Part shown: piece by piece, positions 23,260-35,193 of the stretch
Numbering within the stretch: position 1 is the stretch's first letter
Layout of the letters: every line of letters begins with the position of its first letter
Source: Octopus bimaculoides
Taxonomy: Eukaryota
Direction of reading: 5' to 3'
DNA: 39,606 nt
NCBI RefSeq assembly: GCF_001194135.2
Contig: NC_068990.1
Coordinates: 46,654,956 to 46,694,561, forward strand
Notes under the pieces: generated by a model
Told to the model about the DNA's origin: nothing
Seen by the model: only the letters and a program-made list of their open reading frames with translations
The model's database searches: none
Position numbers and translations under genes: made by a program

Positions 23260-24100
23260 TCCATCATAGCTGAAGACACAATGTAGGCGTTAATAACTTT
23301 GCAGAAAGACTGTCTCTTTGAAATATACACATGTAATACTTTATTTCATTAGTAACTATATTAATTATTTCTGTATCTAATTTTATGATAATATACCAGG
23401 ATGAAGCCAAGTTTTGTATGGCTATGATAATAGTTTCTGGAACTGTGGTAAGATGGAGGGCCAGTAGAATCGATGAGATGGGTACAAAATCGAACCATTT
23501 TATAAACCAGTACGTTCTTTCCATCTGTTGTGGTGCTTGTTTAGCTCCAGGTTAGCTTCGATCGATTAGTTCTTATGATCAAAGAATTTCTAGTCATGAT
23601 TATCTCATCTTTTCAGACATTTTATTTCGAATTCTATTATCCAATGTGTGGTAAATATCAGAATATAATATGTAAACTGTATAGGGTCTGTCTAAAATTA
23701 TTCCTCCAGGATTACTGTAATTTTAACAATATCATTCCAGAAGTTTGTTCATGTAGAAGGATGTTCTTGACCAACATTCACGGTGGAATAGACTTAGACA
23801 AGCTATATTCAGTTTATATGTTAAATTCTGGCTTTCACTTTCCCGACAGTTATTTGCTTCGTGAGTGGCTTTGTTCCTGGTTATTAACTTTGTTTCCACA
23901 AATGTCAACCAACTTAGTGTATTGATTTCCCAAGTGAGTTTGTTGCTAGAGATGAATAGGATGTTACCAACCGAAAGTTATCTATATCAACGACCAATAA
24001 TGAAGTCACTTCCTGATAGTTTCCTATCCTGCAGTTTTTCAAGCATATTCCCATAAATATTGATAGTGGTGTGACGCCAGAGTACTGTTCAATCTTGATT
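23260..24100 (-). pseudogene. Heavily decayed non-LTR reverse transcriptase fragment (R4/Dong-like)
   Basis: YWFIKWFDFVPISSIL...IIIAIQNLASSW...YMCIFQRDSLSAKLL aligns by eye with WIDY.KAFDSVPHSWI...W...RGIFQGDSLSPLLF. Confidence 0.6.
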
Positions 24101-24338
24101 TCATCAAGAGACTACTTATCATCATGATTAAATTCCTTCTTTCTATATAGAAACGTAGCGGAGGGTGAGAGAACGGGGAAACGGCTCGCCTCTGGCGATA
24201 CTTTTACGGGGGCGTCACTTTTGGGTCTGCAGTATAAGCCTGTTCAGGAGGCGGAGGCGGCAAACTCAAGAGCTGCTCCGGGCCGCACACATCCTAGCCA
24301 CGCCTCCGCCCCCATACTAGATTTTCTTCTAGCTTGAA

Positions 24339-24573
24339 CAATGGTCCTCAACCACTTTTTACTTACAGACTCTTCTGATTCCTATTTAACTCAAGTGGAC
24401 CCTCATAACGAGGCTTATTATATTCTTATAAATATTATTAAGAATCGAGTAAAAGACTTGTTATAATATTTTGTGTATTGTAGAAGTATAACCAATTTAT
24501 TGTACATGAATATTAGCAACAAAATCTTATATGGACCCCCAAGCGCCATATGGACCCTGCTTAAGAACCACTG
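24339..24573. mobile_element. hAT-Charlie-like MITE
   Basis: Left CAATGGTCCTCAAC; reverse complement of right CAGTGGTTCTTAAG (CAGTGGTTCTCAA-type TIR). The right flank CTCTACAA resembles the NTCTAGAN target, but the left TSD is not conserved. Confidence 0.55.
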
Positions 24574-25444
24574 CTCTACAATATATCCACTTCGCGAGCA
24601 GCAATTTTTGTAACTTTACTTGCCATTTCTCCTTGAATTGTTACTTGAACTTCTTGATAACTATTAATAATTTTTCTATCGTCCATTTTTTTTCTGATGG
24701 CGGAGATTCTGATTCCTTGTATGCTTCAGGAGAATCAGTCAATGTTTGAAACTTCACGTCTTTTTGTTTGCAGATATTAGTTCTATTTCCCTTTAAAAAG
24801 TTTAGATGGTAAGAGTTATAGATTTTCTGTTTTTAAAATTCAATAAGTACTCCAGCATATGCAGTGGTAATTTTTAGATTAACGATCAGTTTTATAAATT
24901 TATCAGTTTTATAAATTCCTTCCATGTGATTACCTGATACTTCTCGCTATCTTCAAAATATTATTTAATAGTTGTAGCGAAAGTATGTAAAAAAGTGTAT
25001 TTATTCACAAAAATATAACTCATTTTTTTTAATGTTCTTTCATCCTTTAACATAAATCCCTAGGTCTTAATATAGTGGTAGTTAAATAATGTCTGTATTA
25101 TGACAAGACGCAAGAACACCAAAACAGACCCTGTATTCTCAAGTTACAGAAACTCATTGTCCAAGAGATGCACCTAAGAAGCTTTTACATAATTCTATGC
25201 AAGAATTAGAGACAAACATGCAGGACAGCTGTAACTGTGGATCACATTAAGAAACTGCAGAAAAAAAAAAGAAAAAGATTCAGAGCTCAGGAAAGAGCTC
25301 AGAAATGACTTATGGGAAAAGAATCTTCTCAACAGCTTCAGCACTGATTATATAAGCAACCATTCATCTCAAGCATCATAAGGCATAGTCATGAAAAAGG
25401 TGCATCTACGATATTGATGAAGTCTTTGGAGTAACTTCGACACA

Positions 25445-25670
25445 AAGATAGATAAATAGTAAGAGAAAGAGAGGATGAAAGAAACAAGGTGAGGGAAAGA
25501 GAGGTGGCGAGAGAGAGAAAGGGAGGAGGAGAGAGAGAAAGAGAGAGAGAAAGGGAGGAGGAGAGAGAGAAAGAGAGAGAGAAAGGGAGGAGGAGAGAGA
25601 GAAAGAGAGAGAAAGGGAGGAGGAGAGAGAGAAAGGGAGGAGGAGAGAGAGAAAGAGAGAGAGAGAGAGG
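25445..25670. repeat. Polypurine (GA/GGA) minisatellite
   Basis: Repeated GAGAGAGAAAGGGAGGAG units; almost pure purine on the plus strand. Confidence 0.9.
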
Positions 25671-26718
25671 GAAATTACAACTGTAGCTTCGGCAACTTCT
25701 TTTAGGAATATTACAAGCATCATTCACATTACGAAGGTATTGTATTTAGTAAAATTTTACCGCAACGCAGAATTTCGTGACATGAAGTCTATTTCCAGTG
25801 ATTTCCATGTTATACAAAATTGAATTCCGTGTTACGTAAATTGGAAGTGAAAGGAAAATGGGTTTCGTATTGCGGAATTTTAATTTACAATAGGATTTTA
25901 AGGAACGCAATTCTTCCGTAATGCATTGGGATGCTTTTATTTAATATAGAATGCTTTTCATTTGCCTACAATACTCGCTCGAGCTGTACATGACACTTAT
26001 TGTTATTATGGTTAGTATTGTAGCTTGTGGCATTGTGTAATGAATGTGCTTGGTCAGTGTTATTGTCAGCTAAGAACGCAGTCTGCTACTACTGGACGAA
26101 GCTGGTCTCCGTGGCTTCACAGGATATCGCTGTTGCTGTAAGTGTATATTTATAGTTGAATGGAATATGTCATCTTCTCATCTTCGTAACTATCTGCTTT
26201 TTGGTATGTCGTTTAGATATCAGGGAATAATAACATTACAGTTAGCATATCTCCTCACGTGTCCAACAAGTATTGCGTGTTGTTGTTGTTGTTGTTTTAG
26301 ACTTTTTTCTAAATCAACCCTGATCAAGTAGATGTATTATCAAAAGCTTTCAAACTTACTTCGATTATCTAGGAATGTATTATACAATCTGCAGACTTAT
26401 TTGACTGTTTTTTTTTCTAGGAAGACGAGTAACTACTTAGAAACTGAAAGGCTAGTGTTCAACAAATCGTGTAGAAGGCACAGGGACGGTACAGCTCAGT
26501 ATTACAAGGCAGTGAATCCGGTGTGCTTACGTTTCAACCATTCTTCCGTCCTACATAAATGCTAGTGCGTCAGACAAAAAAATACCTTGTTACGGATCTT
26601 TACCATCTGGGTTCGAATCATGCTGAAGTTAGCTTTGTCTTTAATCCTCCTGAGCCGAAAAATAAAGTACTAGCCAAATATTTGGATTGACATGATCAAC
26701 CCAAGTACCTGGTATATT

Positions 26719-27427
26719 NNNNNNNNNNNNNNNNNNNNNNNNNNNNNNNNNNNNNNNNNNNNNNNNNNNNNNNNNNNNNNNNNNNNNNNNNNNNNNNNNN
26801 NNNNNNNNNNNNNNNNNNNNNNNNNNNNNNNNNNNNNNNNNNNNNNNNNNNNNNNNNNNNNNNNNNNNNNNNNNNNNNNNNNNNNNNNNNNNNNNNNNNN
26901 NNNNNNNNNNNNNNNNNNNNNNNNNNNNNNNNNNNNNNNNNNNNNNNNNNNNNNNNNNNNNNNNNNNNNNNNNNNNNNNNNNNNNNNNNNNNNNNNNNNN
27001 NNNNNNNNNNNNNNNNNNNNNNNNNNNNNNNNNNNNNNNNNNNNNNNNNNNNNNNNNNNNNNNNNNNNNNNNNNNNNNNNNNNNNNNNNNNNNNNNNNNN
27101 NNNNNNNNNNNNNNNNNNNNNNNNNNNNNNNNNNNNNNNNNNNNNNNNNNNNNNNNNNNNNNNNNNNNNNNNNNNNNNNNNNNNNNNNNNNNNNNNNNNN
27201 NNNNNNNNNNNNNNNNNNNNNNNNNNNNNNNNNNNNNNNNNNNNNNNNNNNNNNNNNNNNNNNNNNNNNNNNNNNNNNNNNNNNNNNNNNNNNNNNNNNN
27301 NNNNNNNNNNNNNNNNNNNNNNNNNNNNNNNNNNNNNNNNNNNNNNNNNNNNNNNNNNNNNNNNNNNNNNNNNNNNNNNNNNNNNNNNNNNNNNNNNNNN
27401 NNNNNNNNNNNNNNNNNNNNNNNNNNN
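26719..27427. other. Assembly gap (N run)
   Basis: Run of N. Confidence 1.
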
Positions 27428-27538
27428 CACGTAAAATTTCTGGCTGAACTTACTACGCGAACTCTTGTGCAGTAACTCACCATTTTTTCTTTTAAAGATC
27501 TATTTCTCAGGTGAAAAACAACGCTCATGATCCTTTGC

Positions 27539-27771
27539 GTGGAGGCGCGTGGCTTAGTGGTTAGGGTGTTAGCATCATGATCGTAAGATTGTGGTTTCGA
27601 TTCCTAGTCTGGGCAACGCGTTGTGTTCTTGAGCAAAACACTTCATTTCGCGTTGCTCCAGTTCCACTCAGCTGGCAAAAATGAGTAACGCTGCGATGGA
27701 CTGGCGTCCCGTCCAGCTGGGCCCATGAGCCTGGCTAGGCTTTAAAAGGGCGCATTTATTTATTTATTTTT
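27539..27771 (+). mobile_element. SINE family 3b (tRNA head, CORE-like body, (TTTA)n tail) with perfect 12-bp TSD
   Basis: A box TGGCTTAGTGG, B box GGTTTCGATTCC, body CGTTGCTCCAGTTCCACTCAGCTGGCAAAAATGAGTA. TSD ATGATCCTTTGC at 27527-27538 and 27772-27783. Confidence 0.92.
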
Positions 27772-28471
27772 ATGATCCTTTGCAGGACCTCTGAGATCTG
27801 TGTGTATGTGTGTGGTAGTGGTGGGGGAGTATCCTATACATACATACATACATACATACATACTATTGTCATGCTATTTAAACTTTTTCAGCTGATTTAG
27901 GGTAATTTTAGGGTGTAGTTTTTTAGTTATTCACGGCACCAGATTTTCCAATCGCTTGATAATATTGATAAAGTAGTAGGCTATTTGCTTTCGCTTTTCA
28001 TTCATATACTCATCACTGAAACAAAAATAAGTGCTGATAGAAGAAAATGTAGGCTAATTGTTAAATTGCTACACAAGATGAGAATTTATTTTACTGTTAC
28101 CGCTGTAATTATAGTAAAGTTCTCACAATAGGCTATTGATATTAGGTTATAGTAAGCCACTCAGACTACTTTTTCTTGATAACTGCTAGTGTTGTTAAAA
28201 CAAAGCACATCAAATAAGAGAGCCAGGTTATATGAAAAGTAGTTTAGTAGTAAGTTTAGTTATTAAAGTGATCAATGTTTGAAATTTAAAAATGGAAAAA
28301 ATTGTTTCGTGATAGCCATAGCTTCAGTACATTCTATAATAATTTCAATGATTTTTTTTTTTTTGAGAAACATATTTTGATAATTTACAGTAACATTTAC
28401 AGTTGATTAATTTTATATATTTTAGTTTACTGATAGACTTCCTTGAGTGATGATTTAGGTTATTATTAGTT

Positions 28472-30146
28472 TGTGTTAATCATCCGGACAGCTTTTGTTA
28501 CGTCTGCAGAAAATTTACGCCAAAAGATCAGAGAAATAAGCTTAGAAAGAAATCTTAAAATGCTTACAGGCTTTACTTTGAGTGCAAAGTTGGGGACCAA
28601 GATAAACTGTGGGCGCCTCATGTTTGTTGCAAAAACTGCTACATAGCACTAACCCAATGGTTGAATGGTAAACGGAAAAAATTATGCCATTTGCAGTACT
28701 AATGATATGGCATGAACAAACAAACCACTATACTGATTGTTATTTCTGCTTAACTAACATCACAGGTTTCTCTTAGAAGAACAAGTCCAAGATTGTTTAT
28801 CCAGATTACCCTTCAGCTTTAAAACCAGTTGCACATGCTGCTGAAAATATTCCAATTCCAGAACTTCCTTCATCTTTTGACAAAGATAGTTTAAGTGAAG
28901 AAAGAACTGCATCTATTTCAATTGAAGGCGTGCCGAGTGATACAGCAGATCACTGTGATGAACCAGGATCTTCAAAAAAAGTTCCTCATTTATTAAGTCA
29001 ACTTGAGTTAAATGATTTAGTTAGAGACTTGGGTTTAACAAAAGAAAAGTCAGAACTACTGGGCTCCAGGTTGAAACAATGGAATCTTTTACACGAGGGT
29101 GTAAAATACTCGTATTATCGAAAACGGCATACAGAATTGCATGAATTTTTTACGGAGAAAGACGGTATTTGTTTTTGTTGTGATGTTCAAGGATTCCTAC
29201 GTGAGATGGGGTACGGCCATAGTCCTGAAGAATGGAGACTCTTCATAGATTCCAGCAAAGCAAGCCTAAAAGCTGTTTTGCTGCATAATGGCAGTCAAAA
29301 CCCTTCAATACCACTAGCACATGCTGTAGGATTAAAGGAAACTTATGAATCAATGGATAAAATTTTGCACTTGATTAAATATTCTGAATATATGCAGGGA
29401 CTTGAAAGATATTGGTTTGCCTTTTGGGTTGCAAATGGGGTGTACAAAGCATCAGTGTTTTTTGTGCCTATGGAACAGCAGAGATGACAAGCATCACTAT
29501 GATCAGAAAGAGTGGTCAAAGAGAAGTGATTTCATTTCAAGGAGATACAACGTTAAATATATCCCTTTAATTGACACTCAGAGAAATTTACCTTCCTCGC
29601 TTACACATTAACCCTGGCTTATTTAAGAATTTTGTTAAGGCCATGAATGAAGACGGTGAAGAATATCTCAGTGGAAAATTTGTCTCCAGCAAGAGTGAAG
29701 CTAAGATCAAAACTGGTGTTTTTAAAGGACTAGAAATTCGTACACTAATTTGTGATGAGCTTTTTCAAAAAAAAAAAAAACTAAGCCCAGCAGGGAAAAT
29801 TACTTGGGAAAAGTTTGTTTCTCTTGTAAAAAAATATTTTGGGAAATAAAAAAAATCATCTAACTATGTTGTAATCGTGAATGACTTTTTGAAAGCTTAT
29901 AAGCAACTTGGGGCAAGAATGTCTCTAAAAATTCATTTTCTCCTCTCTCATCTTGACTCTTTTCCACCCAATATGGGTGATGTAAGCGATGAGCATGGTG
30001 AACGATTTCATCAAGAAATCAAAGAGCTAGAAAGCCGCTACAGTGGCAGACTTACACCAAACATGCTGACGGACTACTGCTGATTTTTAAAACGAGAAAC
30101 GGATATGCGACATAAGCGTAAAAGAAGACGCCAAAGCTATTTTTGA
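28472..30146 (+). pseudogene. Chapaev3-like (CMC superfamily) DNA transposase pseudogene
   Basis: CVNHPDSFCYVC...KVGDQDKLWAPHVCCKNC...WHEQTNHYTDCYFC (N-terminal Cys finger); PHLLSQLELNDLVRDLGLTKEKSELLGSRLKQWNLL; EWRLFIDSSKASLKAVLLHNG; CFLCLWNSR; LHINPGLFKNFVKA; MSLKIHFLLSHLDSFP.NMGDVSDEHGERFHQEI...YSG...MLTDYC*. Several stops and frameshifts. Family name from memory. Confidence 0.8.
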
Positions 30147-30470
30147 AAAACATAAAATTAATATTCACTTTACACTTTTGTTCTGTGTTTTATTGTTTTA
30201 GAGCTACTTGTTTACCTGGTTGCTTTTGTTTTTATACCAAATAACGGTAATTTACGCTTAGCATAACATTCATTTTTTTTGTCATGAATTTTCACATGAT
30301 TGTAATTATGATAGAAGTATAATAATTATAGCGCAAAAACGTCACGTGCTAGAGCAAAAATGAATGCAGATTCGGAATCAGCGCTCCCAAATAACCCATG
30401 AGCACCATTTCGTCTAATAGTAGCAAAGATTGCGTTGCCGAGTGTAATGAATGACAAAAGAAAAGAAGTA

Positions 30471-30540
30471 AACTTAAACTGGGTGTACGGTTCCTTACTG
30501 CTGTTTCGCCTGTAAGGAACCGAATACCCAGAGTTGAGTG
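30471..30540 (+). ncRNA. Candidate pre-miRNA hairpin
   Basis: 30479-30498 pairs with 30512-30531 (18 Watson-Crick, one G.U, one A-A mismatch) around a 13-nt loop containing UGU. A further 6-bp basal stem follows a small internal loop. No expression evidence. Confidence 0.4.
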
Positions 30541-31785
30541 CCAATGCTATATCTTATAGCATTATCGGAGTCAGTACACGAAGTATATGTGTCTACTCGG
30601 AATATAAAACAATTGCCATCTTGAGAGAATATTAATTAACTTATAACAAGTAAGTAAATATGAATTAAATAAAAATAAAACTAACCTCCGCCTTGCTACA
30701 CATATTCTTAGAGGGAACCAGAAGGTTATTGTTTTACTACCAAATATTGGACGTGGGAGACACTACACTTTACAAATAAAATTACTAGTATTTATTTTCC
30801 CAACTAGAGACGAAAACAGGACATTGTACTCTGACTGACCATGAAGAAGCAAACTGAGGATAACTAAGAGATGAAGAAATGAGTATTATGTGATTTTTAT
30901 ATATGATGTTTATATTATGATCACGAGATGATTAACAACATGCATGAAGTGAAATGGGAACCGAATGGTGGCCACGAATTCGGCTTATCTGGAGAGTGTC
31001 TCTGTCTGTCGGTCTGTTTTTGTCTCTCTGTCTCTTTTCTCTATAATATTTCTTCGAGGATTGCGTAATGCCAAATCATAACGATTTTGTAGTTTATTCC
31101 ACCTTCTGTTGAAAGGCTGCTCCAGTAGCCGCATAAGTTACATCAACAGATATATTATATATATTATATATTTCTATATATATTATATATTTCTAAGTAT
31201 TGATTTTCAGGAACCCATAGCTTTTCGAAAACTCTAAAATCTTCTTATGCCTTAGGCTTAGTATCTATTTATTCTCTGTTTTGAAAAGTCTTTTATTAAT
31301 TTCTGTAGCCATACTGGGACAAAATTTTCTTGGATGTAGTTGATTCCTTCGCCTCCTCAGTAACGTTTTGTATTTTATCAACAAAATGAACAGGAACAGA
31401 TTTTGGACTCAGGAAGTAAACAGACATCAACTTAATACTACGAGGTATTTTGTCCGACATTCTACCGATTCTACTCTCCACCACTCAATAATGCTTAAAA
31501 ATAAAATGAAATTAATAATCTACATCGCTTCTGTGTTGAATAATTATTCCTTAGATTCATATAATAATTTATTTCAGTAGACATATGTGCGGACCAACAA
31601 ACACACCATGATGTTACTTGACTCTAATGACTATCTTATGTTTATCGAAGCACTTTAAATAATAGCTGTATAATATTCGGAAATGATCGATTAGTACTTC
31701 GTTGAAAATGTATATTTGATGAAGAGTGATTTTAGAAATTGCGCCTTTCATTTAATCTATGTCTTTTTCTGTCTATTTATCATCA

Positions 31786-31900
31786 CTTAACAACAACAAC
31801 AACAACAACAGCAGCAGCAACAACAACATCAGCGGCAGCAGCGGCAGCAGCGGCAGCAGCAGCAGCAGCGGCAGCAGCAGCAGCAACAACAATAACAACA
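31786..31900. repeat. Compound (CAA)/(CAG)/(CGG) trinucleotide repeat
   Basis: Read directly from the sequence. The polyQ frame is bounded by TAA on both sides. Confidence 0.92.
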
Positions 31901-31959
31901 AATAAATGAATACAATAAATAAATACGTAAATAAATAAAATAAAATAAAATGAAAAGTG

Positions 31960-32208
31960 GACTTGCGCATGGCTGAATTGTTAAGAATTTCGTTTGCGAT
32001 CACGAAGTCTCAGATTCAATTCTTCAGCGTGAAATCTTGATCAAGCGTTATTTACTGTAACCTCAGGTCAACCCAAGCCTTTGAAGTGGAATTGGGTGAG
32101 GGAAAACGGTGAGAAAGCCCGAAGATTGAATGTGCCAATAATTCATGGATTCAGTTTTGCTACAATCTGTATCACATTATTTGAGCTCTGAGATTTATGT
32201 TAGCGGTA

Positions 32209-32291
<83 letters not shown>

Positions 32292-32640
32292 GTGTGCATG
32301 TGTAGAATGGATAGATAGCTCTCCGTCGGTCTCGACGATGTAGATTCAGTTGTTCAATCAACCAAATTATCTGCTCCTCAATTAACGAGCAAGTGGTTGA
32401 GTATTCCGCAATTCTCAGAGAGAATCAGTTGAACACATATGTAACAAGGCAGTACATATAAAATCCAGCCGATGGGTTTCTTTCTACACAGTTTCCGGCC
32501 TGCTAATTTTGTTCACATCGTATAGATCAATCCGAAAGCACAGAAATTGACATTTGCTCAAGATGTCAAGCCGTGCCATCGAACCCAAAACCTTGTAGTT
32601 GCAAAGTAAACTTTTTAACCATTCAGCTTCAGGTATTTAT
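31960..32640. mobile_element. Cluster of old, highly diverged SINE remnants around a (TG)n tract
   Basis: 31960-32130 (+) and 32470-32630 (-) show residual similarity to the SINE family 1 head. 32320-32450 resembles the family 3a tail. Confidence 0.5.
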
Positions 32641-34715
32641 ACGCTGATTTAACAAGCAGACAGTTCATTCGGTCGAAAAACTCACTCTTTAGTCTCAAAA
32701 CTGACAGAGTTGCATTACCATCATCATCGTCACCATCATCACCATGATTATCATCATCATTAAATCTTCGGAAAGGATAAGGTTTACCATACTAAGTTTC
32801 GATATTTTTTTTCTTTTTTCTCTTTCTCTTCTGATTTTGAGTTCAAGTTCAAATAACTTCGTTGGAATCGATTTTGCTTTTCATCTTTCAGCGGTCAACA
32901 AAATTTAGTAGTGGCAATTTAATCGACTATCCTCTTTAAACCACCGACACCACCACCATTACCCATTCTTAGCACCCTGTCGTCTCTCTTTCCCTCCTCC
33001 TTCTCTCCATCACTACCATCTTCCTTATCCACCATCTCCTTTTCTTACAAAACTCAATGCATGAAATCATATTTAGTAAAAGCGTATGTACGAAGCTTTG
33101 TATGTATTTCGATACTTTACGTTCTGTTGAAGTCAATTTCACCTTTCATTCCGTCGGGATCAATAAAAAAGAATCAATCCAAGGTGGTGGGTTAACGGCC
33201 CTGTTAGAGAGTCGAACAAGATGCCTTGTGGTATCTCTTTCAGCTCATAGCGTTACGACAGAAAGGCCAGCGATGAAACTGATGCGAAGTGGTATCGGTC
33301 CAAGTCGGCAGCTTTCCTCTGAAATAAACATCGATGGTATAGAGAGATGAAATTTGTATTCATGGCCAACTGCCTGTCATATTAAAAAAAAATCTCGCAT
33401 AGAGCCGTGCACACATGTGCAGATGCATGGACAATCTTGACCAATGGAAGCCATATATATTTATAAGTATACATGAATATCTATGTTAGATAAATGCTTA
33501 GATGTAAGTACTGCATAACACAGTATTGAAAGGAGATAGTTTTAACAAAGTCTATCACGTGTTACCTTCGGTGTACCACTTCAGACATACATGGGGATAG
33601 TTCCTCATTACTGACTTAGGTAAAGGTATCAAAGAACTATGAAAGTTTGTGCGTATGTCTTTTTGAGTTCACGAGATTTAAAAGTCTCCTCGTATTTGGG
33701 GTGTTGTCGTAAAGGGCAATCAGCTGAAAAACTTGGGTACTTGCTAAAAGACTTCCCTATTCTTCCACTAATTTATCTACGTAAAGACGTGACCGCTGTT
33801 TCGAGGGGAACAAGGAGCTGGATTTGAACTCCGATAGCACAGAGTTGAAACATATCGTGATTCATCCTGTCCAACGATGTAACATTTTGAAAGCCATCGA
33901 CCTGAAAGGATAATGTTTTTCTGTTTTTGGAGATCGAATGGAAGAAAGATAATGTCGACTTCAATAGAGAGCCGAAAAAATTACGAGGCATTCTATCTGA
34001 TGATCTATGACTTTGCCAATAAGATGCCATATTATAGGTACACTGTCCACGAAATCACGACGGAATGGTCACGACTGAAACGTCATTTATCATAGATCTG
34101 CTAAACAACAGCTGATGTATTATTCCCTCGATCCTGGAAGGATAAAAGGCAAAGCTGACGCAGTGAGATTTGAACTGAAAACATTAATGACCATAACTAA
34201 ATGCCCATTTATGTCTTGAGCACAAGGTTAGAAGTTAAGAGAAAATTTGGTTTTATCTCATTCTGTAGTTTCCAGGTATTCATTTCATTGATCCAAGAAC
34301 TCGAAAGTTTGAAAAACAAAATCAGCTTTGGTGGGATTCGAAATCAGCTTGTAAATAGAAGCAACTAAGTATCTATCATTTACCATTGTGTCCGCTTTTC
34401 AGCATTCATCAGCCATTTTGATGTAATAATAATATAATTTAGATTTTTAATAAATGTATATATTGCCATCAGAAATACTTGGGGATAATAAATCATTTCC
34501 TACATTTTAAGCTTGGTTTAGCAGTCATTTTCTTTCTTTCATATTGTATCAGAAAGAGGAAAGGGAAAAAAGTGAAGGGTGACACTTTAATCTGAAATAA
34601 ATAAATAAATAAATATAAAATAAATAAAAATAAAATAAAAAACCTCACCCATATTCAGCATTGATTTTCGATAATTTAATCATTTTAACAAGCTAATGTC
34701 TATCGTGGCCTATAA

Positions 34716-34746
<31 letters not shown>

Positions 34747-35067
34747 AAAACTAACAAAGATTTCAATTAAAATGAAATGTTGATGTTTCTTTGTACTCAG
34801 TCTTCCTTGACTCCGACATATTTTACCGGTAGAGCGTGGAGTCGCAATGGCCGAAAAGGAAAGAAAGAAAGAAAGAAGAAAATGAACGATCTTTCAGCTG
34901 AAGTACCTCAAGTTTCGTATCTCGTCGATGGTGTTTCCGTGTTGCGTCATAAGCAAAATACTAACATACAAAAATAAACAAAAACTCCCTATCCATGGAA
35001 TTGAATGCGGAGATAGTAAGAAAGAGGGAAAGAAGAAAAGAAAGAAAGAGTGAAAGAAAACAGGAAC

Positions 35068-35193
<126 letters not shown>

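Noticed and set aside
25080-25445. Coding-looking purine-rich stretch (MTRRKNTK...)
   Set aside because: Multiple stops in all frames and no diagnostic motif; at most an unassignable TE remnant.
26421-26565. Exon downstream of the strong acceptor at 26420
   Set aside because: From about 26506 the sequence looks like a decayed SINE2 head, there is no good donor, and the peptide is unrecognisable.
22029-27620. tRNA genes at SINE heads (22029, 22842, 27541)
   Set aside because: A and B boxes are present, but there is no complete cloverleaf or acceptor stem, and each continues into a SINE body.
31786-31900. Polyglutamine coding exon
   Set aside because: The Q frame is immediately preceded and followed by TAA and has no splice acceptor.
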